A model generated the notes under the pieces. It saw nothing but the letters and a program-made list of their open reading frames with translations. It did no database searches and was not told where the DNA came from. Position numbers and translations under genes: made by a program. From NCBI RefSeq assembly GCF_963921235.1, contig NC_086114.1, positions 16,120,001 through 16,184,000 on the forward strand: a DNA stretch of 64,000 nucleotides, written 5' to 3'. Shown here piece by piece: positions 36,856 to 49,264 of the stretch (position 1 is its first letter; the number at the start of each line of letters is the position of its first letter). This DNA is from Mobula hypostoma. Taxonomy: Eukaryota.

Positions 36856-38581
36856 GGTTTTCATACATTCAGCTGCCTCCCCAATCTGGTCTTCCCAAGG
36901 AGGAAACCAGAACACCTGGAGAAAACCAAAGTGGTCAAGGGGAGAATGTACAAACTCTGGACAGGCTGCGGCAGGAATTGAACCCTGATCTACCATTTGC
37001 CAGCTTCCAACCGTAGCAGTTAATCGCTAGCACTAACAGCTACACTACCCTGCTGCACCTCTAAACTAGAAGCTCAAGAGTCACCCCTACAGACTGAGCC
37101 ACTCACTTCAGTGACAGTACCCTCTGCATTCTAGGAAACAACACAACCACACCGGGGAGGAAGGAGTTACAACAGGAAGACTCTCTGCTTCAGACACTGC
37201 AGGCAGAAGCACAATTTTCAGTGCGTCTGGGCATTGGTCCAAGAGAAAGTCTGCGTCTGTTTCTATGAGAAGTTCTGCTGGTTTCCAAAGTAAATGCTCT
37301 CAGACTTGCAGGCTTCCTGGGAACCCGCTAAAGGAAGATTTTATTTTTAACTTCTATTTGACCAGAACTAGCCCTGTGCAGAGTCATTGACCCCAACCCT
37401 AGCTGTAAACTCATTGGACTGAGATCAGGAAACATAACCAGTGCATAGCTGGACCGAGACTTAAGGGTGGAGATGACGGGAGAAAATAACTACAACATAC
37501 CAGGCAAACAAAATCCCAAGACTTCTCAGCAGCTCATTTGGAAACAGTTACTGATTATTTTTTCTCACTAATCATAATCACTGAGCACGGAAACAGCCCT
37601 TCAGCTGATCACGTCCACTAAGTACTCATCTACACTAATTCCATCACCCATTTTATCCCTATGCTCCCAAAACCCCCCTCCAAATTCTACCACTCAGTTA
37701 CAAACTAAGAGCAATTCACGGCAGCCAACGAACACAGAACATAGAACCATATAGCATAGTAAATGTCCTTCGGCCAATTATATTGTGCCAACCTTTGAAC
37801 CCCCTCTAAAATCAACCTAACCCTTCCCTCCCACCTAGCCCTCCATTTTTCTTTCATCCATGTGTCTACCAACCTGCATACCTTTGGGCTGTTGGAAGAA
37901 GCTGGGGCACCTGGGTGAAACCCATGTGGTCACGGGGAGAGCGTGCAATCTCCATGCAGACAGCGCCAGAGGCCAGCATTGAATCTGCTCCACCAGAACT
38001 AGTACGGCACAATTCAGCGAGTACCGAGTTGCCAACAAACATAAGGTCAATTAAGCATGGGCACAGAGGTGACGGTTAAGTGGAAAATTTGCAATGGCTC
38101 GTTGAATTAAATTTAATTTGAAAAGCCCAGAAGCCTGTCCATGTGTGTGGGCGGGAGGTAGAGTGGGAGAAGGGAAAGGGGCTTGTTGTGTTCTGCTGAA
38201 CGTAGTGGGCAGGCTCTGTTGACCCCAGAATGTGCACCACACTTACCAACTCCCCCCAGCACATCCTTGGGTGTGCTGGTTATTAACGCAAATGATGCAA
38301 GAACCTCAGCGCGGGAATCACGAGAAATCTACTGTGGAATGAAGGAAGGGTGACTGATTATATAGATGGTAAATCTATTAATACATTGATTTTATAAACA
38401 GGAAATGTGCACATTTGCTGCAACTATAGAATTTACCAAATTGGACCATCTTCAGATAAAACTCAAGTGCTTGCAGCAACTTCAAGCTGGTGTGAATCTG
38501 GTGAGGGTTGACACTACATCACGTTTGCACATCTCCCCTTAACATTAATACAAACGTTTGTACTTGTATGGAACCATATAG

Positions 38582-38762
38582 TAAACACAAGAGATGCTGC
38601 TGATGCTATAGATTCAGAGTAACACACACAAGACGCTGGAGGAACTCAGAAGGTCAGGCAGCATCTATGGAGAGGAATAAACAGTCTACATTTCGGGCTG
38701 GGACCCTTCTTCAGGACTGCCCAGCCTGCTGGGTTCCTTCAGCAGTTTGTGTGAGTCACACA
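38582..38762 (-). mobile_element. Short Penelope-like insertion with inverted end and probable 12-bp TSD
   Basis: Contains hammerhead 38682-38719. Flanks GGAACCATATAG (38570-38581) and GGAACCAAGTAG (38763-38774). Confidence 0.7.
38682..38719 (-). ncRNA. Minimal hammerhead ribozyme, core intact, sense to the ARID3 pre-mRNA
   Basis: Minus strand CAGTC-CTGAAGA-A-GGG(TCCCAG)CCC-GAAAT-GTA-GACTG; 5-bp stem I, GUA triplet. Confidence 0.7.
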
Positions 38763-40088
38763 GGAACCAAGTAGGACCTCCAACCCCAGTGACCAGAAGT
38801 AATCACTCACATTTGATATTGTCTTATGGCATTAAAAAAAAAGGCCAATCAGCCAATTAAGGTGACGCATGTCCAAAAGTCCCATCCCCTCATCATCTTC
38901 GCTGGAAACCTTTCCCTCCCACAAGTCCACAGACACTATATCAGGATTGAACTGGGATCACAGGAGCTGTGCTACCTGTTCCGCAGCATACCACCCACTG
39001 CATATGGAATAGAAACCAACACACCTTCTCCCCATTCTGTCATCGGGCCAATTGCTTTACCCCAACCACTGATCCAATTCCAGCATAGCAGCCGCAAGCT
39101 AGAACCAAATGCATATAAGCTGCAATGTTTTTTTTAAATATAGTCGCTATAAGAATACAGCTGCTTCACTCAAATTCCATTGAGATCCAGATCCAACTGC
39201 TCCCGCAATTCCCGACACCCCGAAATCTTCCTCCTAGGTAGCCTCAGAAATTCAATCGCTTTTGGAAAGGTATATGCTCTTAATGTGTCTGCTGATTATT
39301 GACAGGGAGCTCATTCCCATTTTATCCTGATTATACTGTATCACTGACAAACAAAGACACACCTCAATGGTGCGTGCTTAGCTCTTTGCTCTGTTCTCTC
39401 TACACTCAAACGTGGCTAAGGCACAACTCAAACACCAACAATAAATTCGCTGTTGACACCACTGCCATTGGCAGAATCTCAGCTGGCGATGAGGTGGTGT
39501 ACAACAGGAGTGAGATAGATCAGCTGGCTTTGTGGTGTTGCAACAACAACCCGGCACTCAGTGTCAGTAAGACCAAGGAATTGATTGTGGACTTTAGGAA
39601 GAGGATATCGGGAGAACACTGAATACCAGTGCTCATCAAGGGGTCTGTAGTGGAAATGGTGAGCAGTTATCAAGATCTCTGAAATCTGTCCTGGTCCCAA
39701 CATATTGATGCAATCGTGACAAATGCACACTGTTGGCTGCACTTCATTAGAAGTCTGAAGAGATTTGGTAGACCAAAGACTAGCAAATTTCTACAGATGT
39801 ACCATGGAGAGCATTCTGACTGGTACTGGGGGCGGGGGGGGCGGTCAATGCACAGGAGTGGAAAAAGCTGCAGAGGGTTGTAAACTCAGCCAGCTCCACC
39901 ATGGGCAATGGCCTCCCCAGCATTGAGAACATCTTCTGTGGTTGATGCTATAGGAAGTGGCATCCATCATTAAAGACTCCTACCATCCAGGCCATACCCT
40001 ATTTCCATTACCACCATCAGGGAGGAAGTGCAGGAGCCCAGAGACACACACTTAATGTTTAAATAACAGCTTATTCCCCTACGACCTC

Positions 40089-40845
40089 CAAGAGCACCAT
40101 AACCTTGTCATTGGGTTTAGAGGTTTGCATGCCTCAATGACCCTGAGAGCTCTGCTGACTGGAGTCAGGGCTTCCAAAGTATAAGCAGAAAATAATCTGC
40201 AGATGCTGTGATCAAAGCAACACTTTCAGTACGCTGGATGAACTCAGCAGGTTGGGCAGCATCAGTTAGAAAAGATGAGTCGACGTTTCCGCCTCCTCCT
40301 TCTACTACCCATTGTTTTCAAGGGCTATGACGTCAATGCTTCCCCTCCCTGCCCCTTTGTCTTTCAGATTACTGGTCTTTCAACTCAAGCTACAAGCATT
40401 CTTCAAATCCTTCCCCATCTTTCATTCTTCAGTCCTGACAAAGGGTTCCAGCCCGAAACGTCAACTCATCGTTTCTAACTGATGCTGCCCAACCTGCTGA
40501 GTTCATCCAGCGTACTGAAAGTGTTCCAAAGTATAAGGTAGGGTCACCTATGCCAAATAGGTCAAAGGGTAAAGATCAGACTAAGAATAGTCCATCAGTC
40601 CTCCAGGTTCGGGGGTTCAGCTCAGGGTCAACAACCCTGACTGGTAAAACAAAACTGCTACAGAAACAGCAATGAAGAATCCTTTTACATCTGAGTGCGA
40701 CAGTATTCCTGAGCTTTCACCCAGTACTTGCATGACTGACAGTAATCCAAGGGGAAGCTACCGACATGAAGAAAGCCCTGAACACTGCCAAAGATGGAGG
40801 ACCTTCATTGTTGCCTTAAACATCAGTGCAGTAATGGAAAGTAAG
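40089..40845 (+). mobile_element. Non-autonomous RTE-like retroposon (5' UTR fused to ORF end) with ~17-bp TSD
   Basis: Ends in ..QRWRTFIVAL.. and a GTAAGTA tail. Flanks TATTCCCCTACGACCTC (40072-40088) and TATTCCCCTAAGACATC (40846-40862) match at 15 of 17. Confidence 0.6.
40186..40523. mobile_element. Penelope-like insertion with 71-bp inverted arms and perfect 14-bp TSD
   Basis: TTCCAAAGTATAAG at 40172-40185 and 40524-40537. Arms 40219-40289 and 40455-40525 differ at 2 of 71 positions. Hammerhead 40431-40466 has CTGACAA. Confidence 0.85.
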
Positions 40846-42089
40846 TATTCCCCTAAGACATCAGATTTCTGAGAGGACCATGAACCCATGAACACTTCTT
40901 GTTCTCTTTCCGCACTACTTTAAAAAAAATTATTTCTGTAACTTATAATTTTATGTATTGCACTAACTGCTTCTGCAAAATAAGAGATGTCATGAAATAT
41001 GTCAGTGATAATAAACCTGATTCTGAGGAGCAATAAAGCCATCCTACCAATGATCAATAAAATCAGCATTCAATAGCGTGGACTGGGTGCCAAATGTGGT
41101 GACTTCCTACAACAGCACTGGTTTACCAATCATCCACACAGAGACAGGGCCGTTGCCAATTGCACACCATTTTCTCACCACAGCACCTTGGTGCAAGATT
41201 TATAACGGGCGGCGCGAGTCGAAATGTGCACACTCGCACGGTAGCGGCAGGGAGAGGGCAGGGTGGCGTAACTGGATGTAGTAAGTCACTCAATCAACGT
41301 CTGCACCGTGAAGCTTCCCTTTCTTTCCAAGAAGGGGGAAATTTAATATCGTTGTTTGGCAGGCGGATTAAACAGCCGTGGCTAACCTCAGTGCATGTGG
41401 GGAAACTCAATAGCCCAATTAGATGTTTAAACGGGAGCAAAGAGGAAAATAAACTGAAGGCGGACTTCAAAGGAGGAGGAACTGTAGTAGCTGGTAAATT
41501 TGTTTTATCAGTGAAAGAAGAGTTTGGCATCAAAGTATCACAGTTCCAATCCCCCTCGCCCATCAGGAACCCTCTAATTACTGGTGTCAGGACAGCAAAA
41601 ACAAGAATGAAATGAAAGTAATGGAAAAAAATTAATAAAAATAAAGAAAAAAGGAATGAAATGAACAAGAATGAAAAAAACAGGGTGGTAATAACTAATA
41701 CGATAGGTCACATTTTTACGAAAATTTAAGGTGTGGGGTGGGGATGTCTGAGTTAAGTCTTTTATGCAGAGAGTGGTAGATGTATGGAACACACTGCCAG
41801 GCCATTTAAGAGATTCTTAGATAAGCAGATGGATGAAATACATTGGAGGGATATCGGCCATGTGAGAAGGAAGGATTAGATGGAGTAGTTTAAAGGGGTA
41901 CAACATCGTGGGCTGAAAGCTGGTGCTGTCCTGCGCTCTTCTAGTTCTATGTCTGAACAGAAACAAGTGAGTTTCACCTTAATGCCCACTCTAGGTCAGG
42001 TTATCGGCACAGTTACAATGGACTGGCCAGCTATGGTACGATAGCAGAAATGGCTGAAACCTTCCCAATGGCACCACACTGCAAGTCAA

Positions 42090-43010
42090 GTGAAGTTTAA
42101 CTACATACATGTATATAACGTATATAAACACTTAATATATAGAGACAGCATTTCTTCGAACCAGGGTGTAAAGCACAGTAGTATACATAACACACAATAA
42201 CTTATGAAGGTAAGGATAAAACCTACAGATGAATCACACATAAATAACAAATTAACGTGCATAAATTAAATATTGTAAGGTATGGAACAGATTAACCAGT
42301 GACGCTTCGAATACGATGTGGTTGGGAGTTTAGAAGCTTAATGGCCAGGGGGAAGAAACTGTTTCTCATCCTGACCAGTCTTGCTTTTATGCATCATAGT
42401 CTCCTGCCTGATGGTAGAAAGTCAAAAAGAATACTGGATGGATGGGTGGGATCCTTCATAATACTAAAGGCCCTGTGTACACAGCACACCTGATAAATGT
42501 CCCTGATGGATGGTAGGAAACCTCCTATGATCCTCTCAGCCGTTCTCACAGTCCTTTGTAGGGACTTCTGGCCTGATGCTTGACTGCTCCCATACCAGAT
42601 GGAGATGCAACTTGTCAGGACATTCTCAATAGTGCTCCTGTAAAACGCAGTTAAGATTGTGGGGGCAGGGGGAGCCTTGCTTGCCTCAAACTTCTTAGGA
42701 TGTGGAGAAACTGCTGTGCCTTCTTGTTCAGGGAGGTGATACAAAGGATTCAGGTGAGGTCATCCGTGATATGAACTCCCAGGAACTTGGGGCACTTAAT
42801 TCACTCTACGGAGGAGCTATGTGATCACAGAGGGGGGATGGTTCGTCTGCATCTTCCTGAAATCCACAATGATTTCCTTTGCCTTCTCCTATGTTCAGGC
42901 ATAGGTTGTTCTTCTCACACCAATCCACCAGCCACTCTACTTCCTCTCCATCTCGTCATCATTCTTGATAAGGCCAACCACTGTTGTGACATCAACAAAC
43001 TTGATGCAAG
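42090..43010 (-). mobile_element. Rex1/Babar-clade LINE 3' fragment
   Basis: ILTAFYRSTIENVLTSCISIWYGSS..KSLQRTVRTAERIIG..LPSIRDIY..IMKDPTHPSSILFDFLPSGRR. Confidence 0.8.
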
Positions 43011-43334
43011 AATATTGGGGGAGGGGTGTATTTATCAAGGGTTAAAGTAAAGATTTTTTTAAAATGTTCACTCCAAAAATGCAATACCTAGAGAGATGAC
43101 CTGATTTGACCTGGAGGTCTTAGGTCAACAGGAGTCATCAATCATTTTTACAGTCCATGGACAGTTAGTTTACATGAAGCGTTACTGCCAGTTTGAAACT
43201 AAACTGCGCCCAACATGGTGGACCGAGGGGGGCAACTTAAGTGAAGGAAGAAGTACCTTGCGTGTACAGTGGCAGGCTAATGATAACGGGGAGTGATCAC
43301 CTGTTGTTCCACCTTTGACACTCTTATCTCCTAT

Positions 43335-43990
43335 CAGAAGTTCTGGGTTCGAGTCTCACTCTGGAGAGAGGAGTAAAAGGCCTGGCCCAGCATTGCTGCT
43401 ACAGCGCCATGGGAGTTAGTTCTGGAAAGACAGCAGCACCATCTCACGGAGTCACAGAACACAGAAAGAGGTCTTTTGACCAACACATCGCTGCTGGCCA
43501 TCAAATGTCCATCCACATAGCTTGTGGTCTGTAGCTTTCCATACTTTGGTCATTCAAGAATTCGTCAAAATGACTAAATGTTGTGAGAGTCTCTACCTTC
43601 ACCACACATTCGGGCAGTGAGTTCCAGTTTCTAACATCCTGGGTGAAAATGTTCGTCCTTGTATTCCCTATAACCTTCAAATCCATAAAACATGCCTTCT
43701 AATTATAAATAACCTCTCCCACAGGGAAAAGTTTCCTATTTTCAGATGAGATATTAAATGTGACCCCATCTGCTCTCCCAGATATAAAGAAAATCCCACG
43801 GAGAACAGCAGTGGAGTTTTCCCTGGCATTGGGCCAACATTTAATCCCTCAGACGGCACCAAAAATGAAACTAGCGGTCTAACCTCACCACAGCCCGTGG
43901 GATCTTGCTGCACAAATGCTGGTCGCCACCCTTCCGATCTCTCTCTAATCCAAGAGATGCTGCGGCGAGGTGCGTTGGGCGAGAGCCAGG
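43335..43990 (+). mobile_element. Ancient DeuSINE (SacSINE1/AmnSINE1-like), interrupted by a CR1 tail (~43455-43735)
   Basis: GGGTTCGAGTCTCAC head; Deu-domain TTTCAGATGAGATATTAAA..GAGTTTTCCCTGGCATTGGGCCAACATTTAATCCCTCA..GTGGGATCTTGCTG. Other decayed copies at about 4230-4330(-), 5190-5320(-), 21430-21600, 24470-24640(-), 27130-27290(-), 56780-56880(-), 59050-59200. Confidence 0.6.
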
Positions 43991-44749
43991 CCTGGGAGAG
44001 AGGCGAGCCTGCCTTCCTTCAACCTGAAGCGTGGCGCTCTTCGACAGGGAACCTGTTGCCTCGGAAAAGCCCTCGCTGACAGATGCCGGCTAATTAAATT
44101 ACGAGCTCAGCAACACTAAAGCACCTTCGTATTTGCACAGTTCAGTCAAAGACGCTCGCTTTTGACAGGCCAAGTACTGCTGGCACGATGCAGCTATTAG
44201 TCTTTTGATACTCATCCAAAACATAGCAGTTGTGCCAGAGGCTCTCCTCGGCTCGCTGTTCTTTGAAAGCACCATTTGGCTTCTTGCCAACCATCACAGT
44301 TTCAATTTCCATGCTAACAGATGGCAGCGATTACTAGCTCTGGTTTGTGGTACAGTTACACTAATAGCCTCTCCACTCTGTCAAGAAAAATACTTGTTCC
44401 TATCTCTCAACACTCGCTTCGCCTTCCCCCTCCCACTCACCTCTCCCACCCACCCTGTCAAAGATGCTTAACCCATTTAGCACTGTAAAAACTCTTCGCA
44501 ATTATCCCTCAGCGTAGCTAATCCTCTGGCAACTGAAACTGGAAATTCTCAGAGTTCTCGACCTTCTCCAAGTTCACACAATGACTTAGGGATGGGATGA
44601 TGCCATTTCAGCACCGCCATCTTACAGCCTCAAGGTTCAATCCTGACCTTGGGTGCTGCCTGTGTCCAGTCTGAAAATTCGCACCTTGGATTCCACCCCA
44701 CTCTGGTTTCTTCCCCCCTTCTCAGTGACAGGTTAACAAACGACAGTAA

Positions 44750-45235
44750 ATCACAAACACGAGAAGGGCTGCAGGTGCAGGAAATCCAACACACACAAAA
44801 CGCTGGAGGAACTCAGCGGGTCGGGCAGCATCTATGGAAAAGAGTAAACAGTCGATGTTTCGGGCCGAGACCCTTCATCAGCACTGAGAAAGAAGGAGGA
44901 AGATGCCAGAATAAAAAAAGTTAGGGGCGGGGAAGGGGGCTAGCTGGAAGCCAGGTGGGTGGGTAAAGTCAAAGGATCTGATAGGAGAGGAGAGGAGACC
45001 AGCAAGAATCTGCTAGGAGAGGAGGGTGGACAATAGGAGAAAGGGAGGGAGGAAGGGACCCAGGGGAAAGTGATAGGCAGGTGAGAAGGAGCGATAGGTT
45101 AGAGTGAGGAATAGACGAAGGGGGTGGGGGAGGAGGAAGAGAGAAAAGAGAGTTATTTACCAGAAAGAGAAATCGATATCGATGCCCTCAGGTTGAAGGC
45201 TACCCAGATGAAATAGAAGGTGTTGCTCTCACTCC
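44750..45235 (-). mobile_element. Penelope-like terminal repeat monomer
   Basis: GIY-YIG tail near 45170-45230, purine-rich UTR on the plus strand, hammerhead 44849-44886, 3' stem; sits within or beside a V-SINE. Confidence 0.8.
44849..44886 (-). ncRNA. Hammerhead ribozyme motif, partly degenerate
   Basis: Minus strand CAGTG-CTGATGA-AGGGTCTCGGCCC-GAAAC-ATC-GACTG; core intact, but the closing pair of stem I and the helix III palindrome are mutated. Confidence 0.55.
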
Positions 45236-45269
45236 TTATTGAAAGAAAGTGGCAAAAAGAATTAACCTA

Positions 45270-45740
45270 GAACATAGACCAGTGGGGCACAGGAGCATGC
45301 CCTTCGGCCTATGATGTGAATTAAACTGATTATTTTCTTTCTCTCCATATTTATGTGTCTAACAGCCTCTTAAATGCCACTATTGAGTCTGTTTCTACCA
45401 CCGCCATCCTGGACAGCCTGTTCTAGGCAGTGATCAGTCTTTGTGCAAAAATAAATATCCCCACACATCACCTCCTCTAACCTTAAATGCATATCCTCTC
45501 CTCCTTAACATTTCTACACTGGGAAAAAGATTTTGACTACATAACTCTATTTATGCCTCTCATAATTTTACAGACTTCTGTCAGGTTTCCCCCTCAGCCT
45601 CTGAAGCTCTGAAGAAAACAGCCTAAGTTTGTCCAGCTCATGCCCTCTTCTCCAGGAAACATCCTGGTAAACCTCTCCTGCACCCTCACCAAAGCCTCCA
45701 CGTCCTTCCTGTAATGGGGCAACAAGAATTGCACAAAGAT
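45270..45740 (-). mobile_element. CR1 3' fragment
   Basis: LLPHYRKDVEALVRVQERFTRMFPG. Confidence 0.8.
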
Positions 45741-46149
45741 CAAAGGGGAACTAATGGTCAAAAATGTAAGAGAGAAAAGGTTGCGGGGTTCAAGGAAATA
45801 AGGAAGAGGAACAGGGCTAATAGAGTTCCCCTCCTGGGAGTTGGCACAGATGCAAGTGGTGTCCATTTGTGATATAACAAGCATTTAAAATATCCCACAT
45901 CCTCTCTCAAGGTCAAGCTAACATGACAGCATAAGAGAGGAATTATAGGTGGAAAAACATGTTGTGATTCTGCAACAGGATATAGACTGACTGAGTGATT
46001 TGTCTAAAGCCTGGCAAATGTGGTTTAATAAATGTAAACACTGAAAACGAATGAACATATGGAATAGGCCCTTCAGCCCAGTGCTGTGCTGACCTTTTCA
46101 TCTACTCTAAGCCCAACTTAACTCTTCCCTCCTACGTACCCCTCCATTT

Positions 46150-49040
46150 TTAGACCATAAGACACAGGAGCAGAATTAGGCCACTCAGCCAATCAAGTCT
46201 GCTCTGCCATTTCATCATGGCTGATTCATTATCCCTCTCAACCCCATTCTCCTGCCTTCTCCCCTTTAACCTGTGATCCTTGACTAACCTCTACTTTCTC
46301 AATGACTTGGCCTCCACAGCCATCCGTGGCAGTGAATTCCACAGATTCATCACCCTCTGGCTAAAGAAATTCCTTCTCAACTCTCTTCTCAATGGATATC
46401 CCTTGATTTTGAGGCTTTGCCCTCTGGTCCTAGACTCACCCATTACAGGAAACATCGTTTCCATATCCACTGCCTAGGCCTTTCAACATTTGATTGGTGT
46501 CAATAAGCTTCCTTCTCCCTCCCCCCAACCTCAATGAGTACAGGCCCAGAGCCATCAAATGCTCCTCAAACCCTTTCATTCACAAAAATATTCTCCTGAA
46601 TCTCCTTTGGACCCTCTCCAATGCCAGCACATCTTTTCTTCGATAAGGGGCCCAAACTGCTCACAAAACTCCGTGCAGTCTGACCAATGCTTTATGAAGG
46701 CTCAGCATCACATCCTTGCTCTTATATTCTCGATATGAATGCTAACATTGCATTTGCCTTCCTTACCACTAACTCAACCTGCAAGTTAACCTGTAGGAAA
46801 TCCTGTACAAGGACTCCCAAGTCCCTTTGCACTCTGATTTTTGAATTTTCTCCTCAATTAGAAAATAGTCTATGCCCTTATTCCTTCAAACATAGTGCAT
46901 GACCATACCCTTCCCTACACTATATTCCTTCTGCCTATTCTTTGCCCATTCTCCAAATCTGTCCAAATCCTTCTGCAGACTCCCTGCTTCCTCAATACTA
47001 CCTGTCCCTCTACCTATCTTTGTAACATCTGCAAACGTGGCCACAAAGCAACCTACTCTGGCATCCAAATCCCTGACATATAACGTGAAAAAAAGCAGTT
47101 CTAATACCGTCCCTTGCGGAACACCACCTGTCACCAGCAGCCAACCAGAATAGGCCCCCTTAACTCAGACCCTTTGCCTCCTGCTAATCAGCCAATCATC
47201 TATCCAAGCTGGCATCTTTCCTGTAACACCACGAGCTCTCATCTTGTACAGCAGCCTCATGTGCAGCACCATGTCAAATTCTTCCGAAAATCTAAGTAAA
47301 CAAAATCTACTGACTATGCTTTGTCTATCCTGCCTGTTATTTCCTCAAAGTATTCCAACAGATTTGTCAGGCAAAATTTCCTCTTAAGGAAACCATGCTG
47401 ACTCTGGCCTTCTTTATCGTGTGCCTTGAAGTACTCCAAAACCTCATCCTTAATAATGGACCCCAACATCGTCCCAACCACTGCAGTCAGGATAACTGGC
47501 CTTTCTTGCCACTCTTAAAGAGTGGAATTTTCCTGACTTCCTGAACTATTCAAAAATATAGTGATTCTGGAAAGATTATTACTAATACCTCCACAATCTC
47601 CTCAGCTACCTCTTTCAGAACCCTGGAATGTGGTCCATGTGACTTATCTAATTCCAGATTTTTCAGCTTTAAAGCAAGCACCTTCCCCTTAGTAATAGCA
47701 AACTGCACTTGCTTCTGCCCCAACACTCATGAATTTCTGGCATACTGCATACTTCCACAGTGAAGACTGACATAAAATACTTCAGTTCATCTGCCATTTC
47801 CCTGTCCCTGATTACTAACTCTCCAACAACTTTCCAGCAATCTAACATGCACTCTTGCCTCTTTTACATTTTATGTATCTGAGGAAAGCTTCTAGTGCCC
47901 CCTTTGATATTTTTAGCTAGCATACTTTCATATTTAATCTTTTTTCTCCATATTGTTCTTTTAGTTGCCTTATGTTGATTTTTAAAAAGCTTCCAAATCC
48001 CTAACTTCCCACTAATTTTTAATATATGCCCTCCCTTTTGCTTTTATGCTGTCTTTGACTTCCTTTCCCACCCAGGGTTCCCTCACCCTCCCTTTAGAAT
48101 GCTACTTCACCTTTGGGATGTATCTATCCTGCATCTTCTGAATTGCCACCAGAAACTCTAGCCTTCACTGTTCTGTCGACATCCCCGCTAGCATTCCCTT
48201 CCAATTAACTTTGGTCTTTGTAATTCTCTTTACTCTATTGTAATATTGATACATTTGACTTTAGCTTCTCCCTCTCAAACTTCAGGGTGAATTCTATCAT
48301 ATTATGATCACTGCCTCTCAAGGGGTCCTTTAACTGAAACTCCCTAATCAAATCTAGTTCATTATACAACACCTAATCCAAAACTGTCTTTCTCCAATTC
48401 GCTAAACCACAAGCTGCTCTAGTAGGCATTCTACATACCACCTCTTTTGGGATCCAGCAGCAACATAATTTTCCAAATCTATGTGCATACTGAAATCCCC
48501 CATGACTATCGTAACATTGCCCTTATTCTATTTCTCATTGAAATTTATATCACACATCCTGGTTATTGTTTGGGGGTCTATATATAACTCCCACCAGGGT
48601 CTCTTTACCCCAGCAGTTTCTTAACTCTACCCACAAGGATTCCACATCTTCTGATCCTCTGTCACATTTTCCTAAGTATTTGATTTCATTTTGTATTAAC
48701 AGAGCCACATCACCCCTCTGCCTACCTGCCTGTCCTTTTGATACAACGTGCATCTTTAGATATCAAGGTCCCAAATATGATCTTTTCTCAGGCATGTCTC
48801 AGTGATGCATACCTGCCAATCTCTACCCAAACTACAAGATCACCGACCTTACACTGTAAAAGGTGTGCATTTAAGTACCTTCAGTCCTGTATTCATCATC
48901 CTTTTTGGTTTTTCCCCTATGTTATCTTTCACCTCATCCCACTGACTGTAATTTTGTCCAATCATTTGTCATTTTACACATTACATCGACTCGAATACCA
49001 ACTGCTCCATCCTCAACCTTATCACTCTGGTTCCCATCCC
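46150..49040 (-). mobile_element. CR1-clade LINE ORF2 (APE endonuclease + RT), decayed and internally deleted
   Basis: Minus-strand ITET.L and GDVALLIQNEI..VESLWVELRN..LVGVIYRPPN (endonuclease); GVPQGTVLELLFFTLYVRDLD..FADVTKIG (RT); CR1 3' tail near 46155. Confidence 0.9.
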
Positions 49041-49264
49041 CCTGCCAAACTAGTTTTCTATCATCTTACCTGAGAGTTTCTTAAATTCCTCTAAACACCC
49101 TGGCAGGGTGCTACTCATAACACCCTGTAAAAACATACCTCTGACAACCCCCCTATACTTTCCTCCAATCACCTTAAAAATATAACCCCTGCTAAAAGAC
49201 ATTTCCACCCTGGGAAAAGGACTCTGGCTATCCACTCGATCTTTGCCTCATCACTTTTTACACC

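Larger units (their letters stand above)
39350..41030 (+). mobile_element. Rex1/Babar LINE RT fragment, split by nested insertions
   Basis: TPQWCVLSSLLCSLYT..NKFAVDTT (FADD)..WCCNNN.ALSVSKTKELIVDFRK; continues after 40862. Confidence 0.8.
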
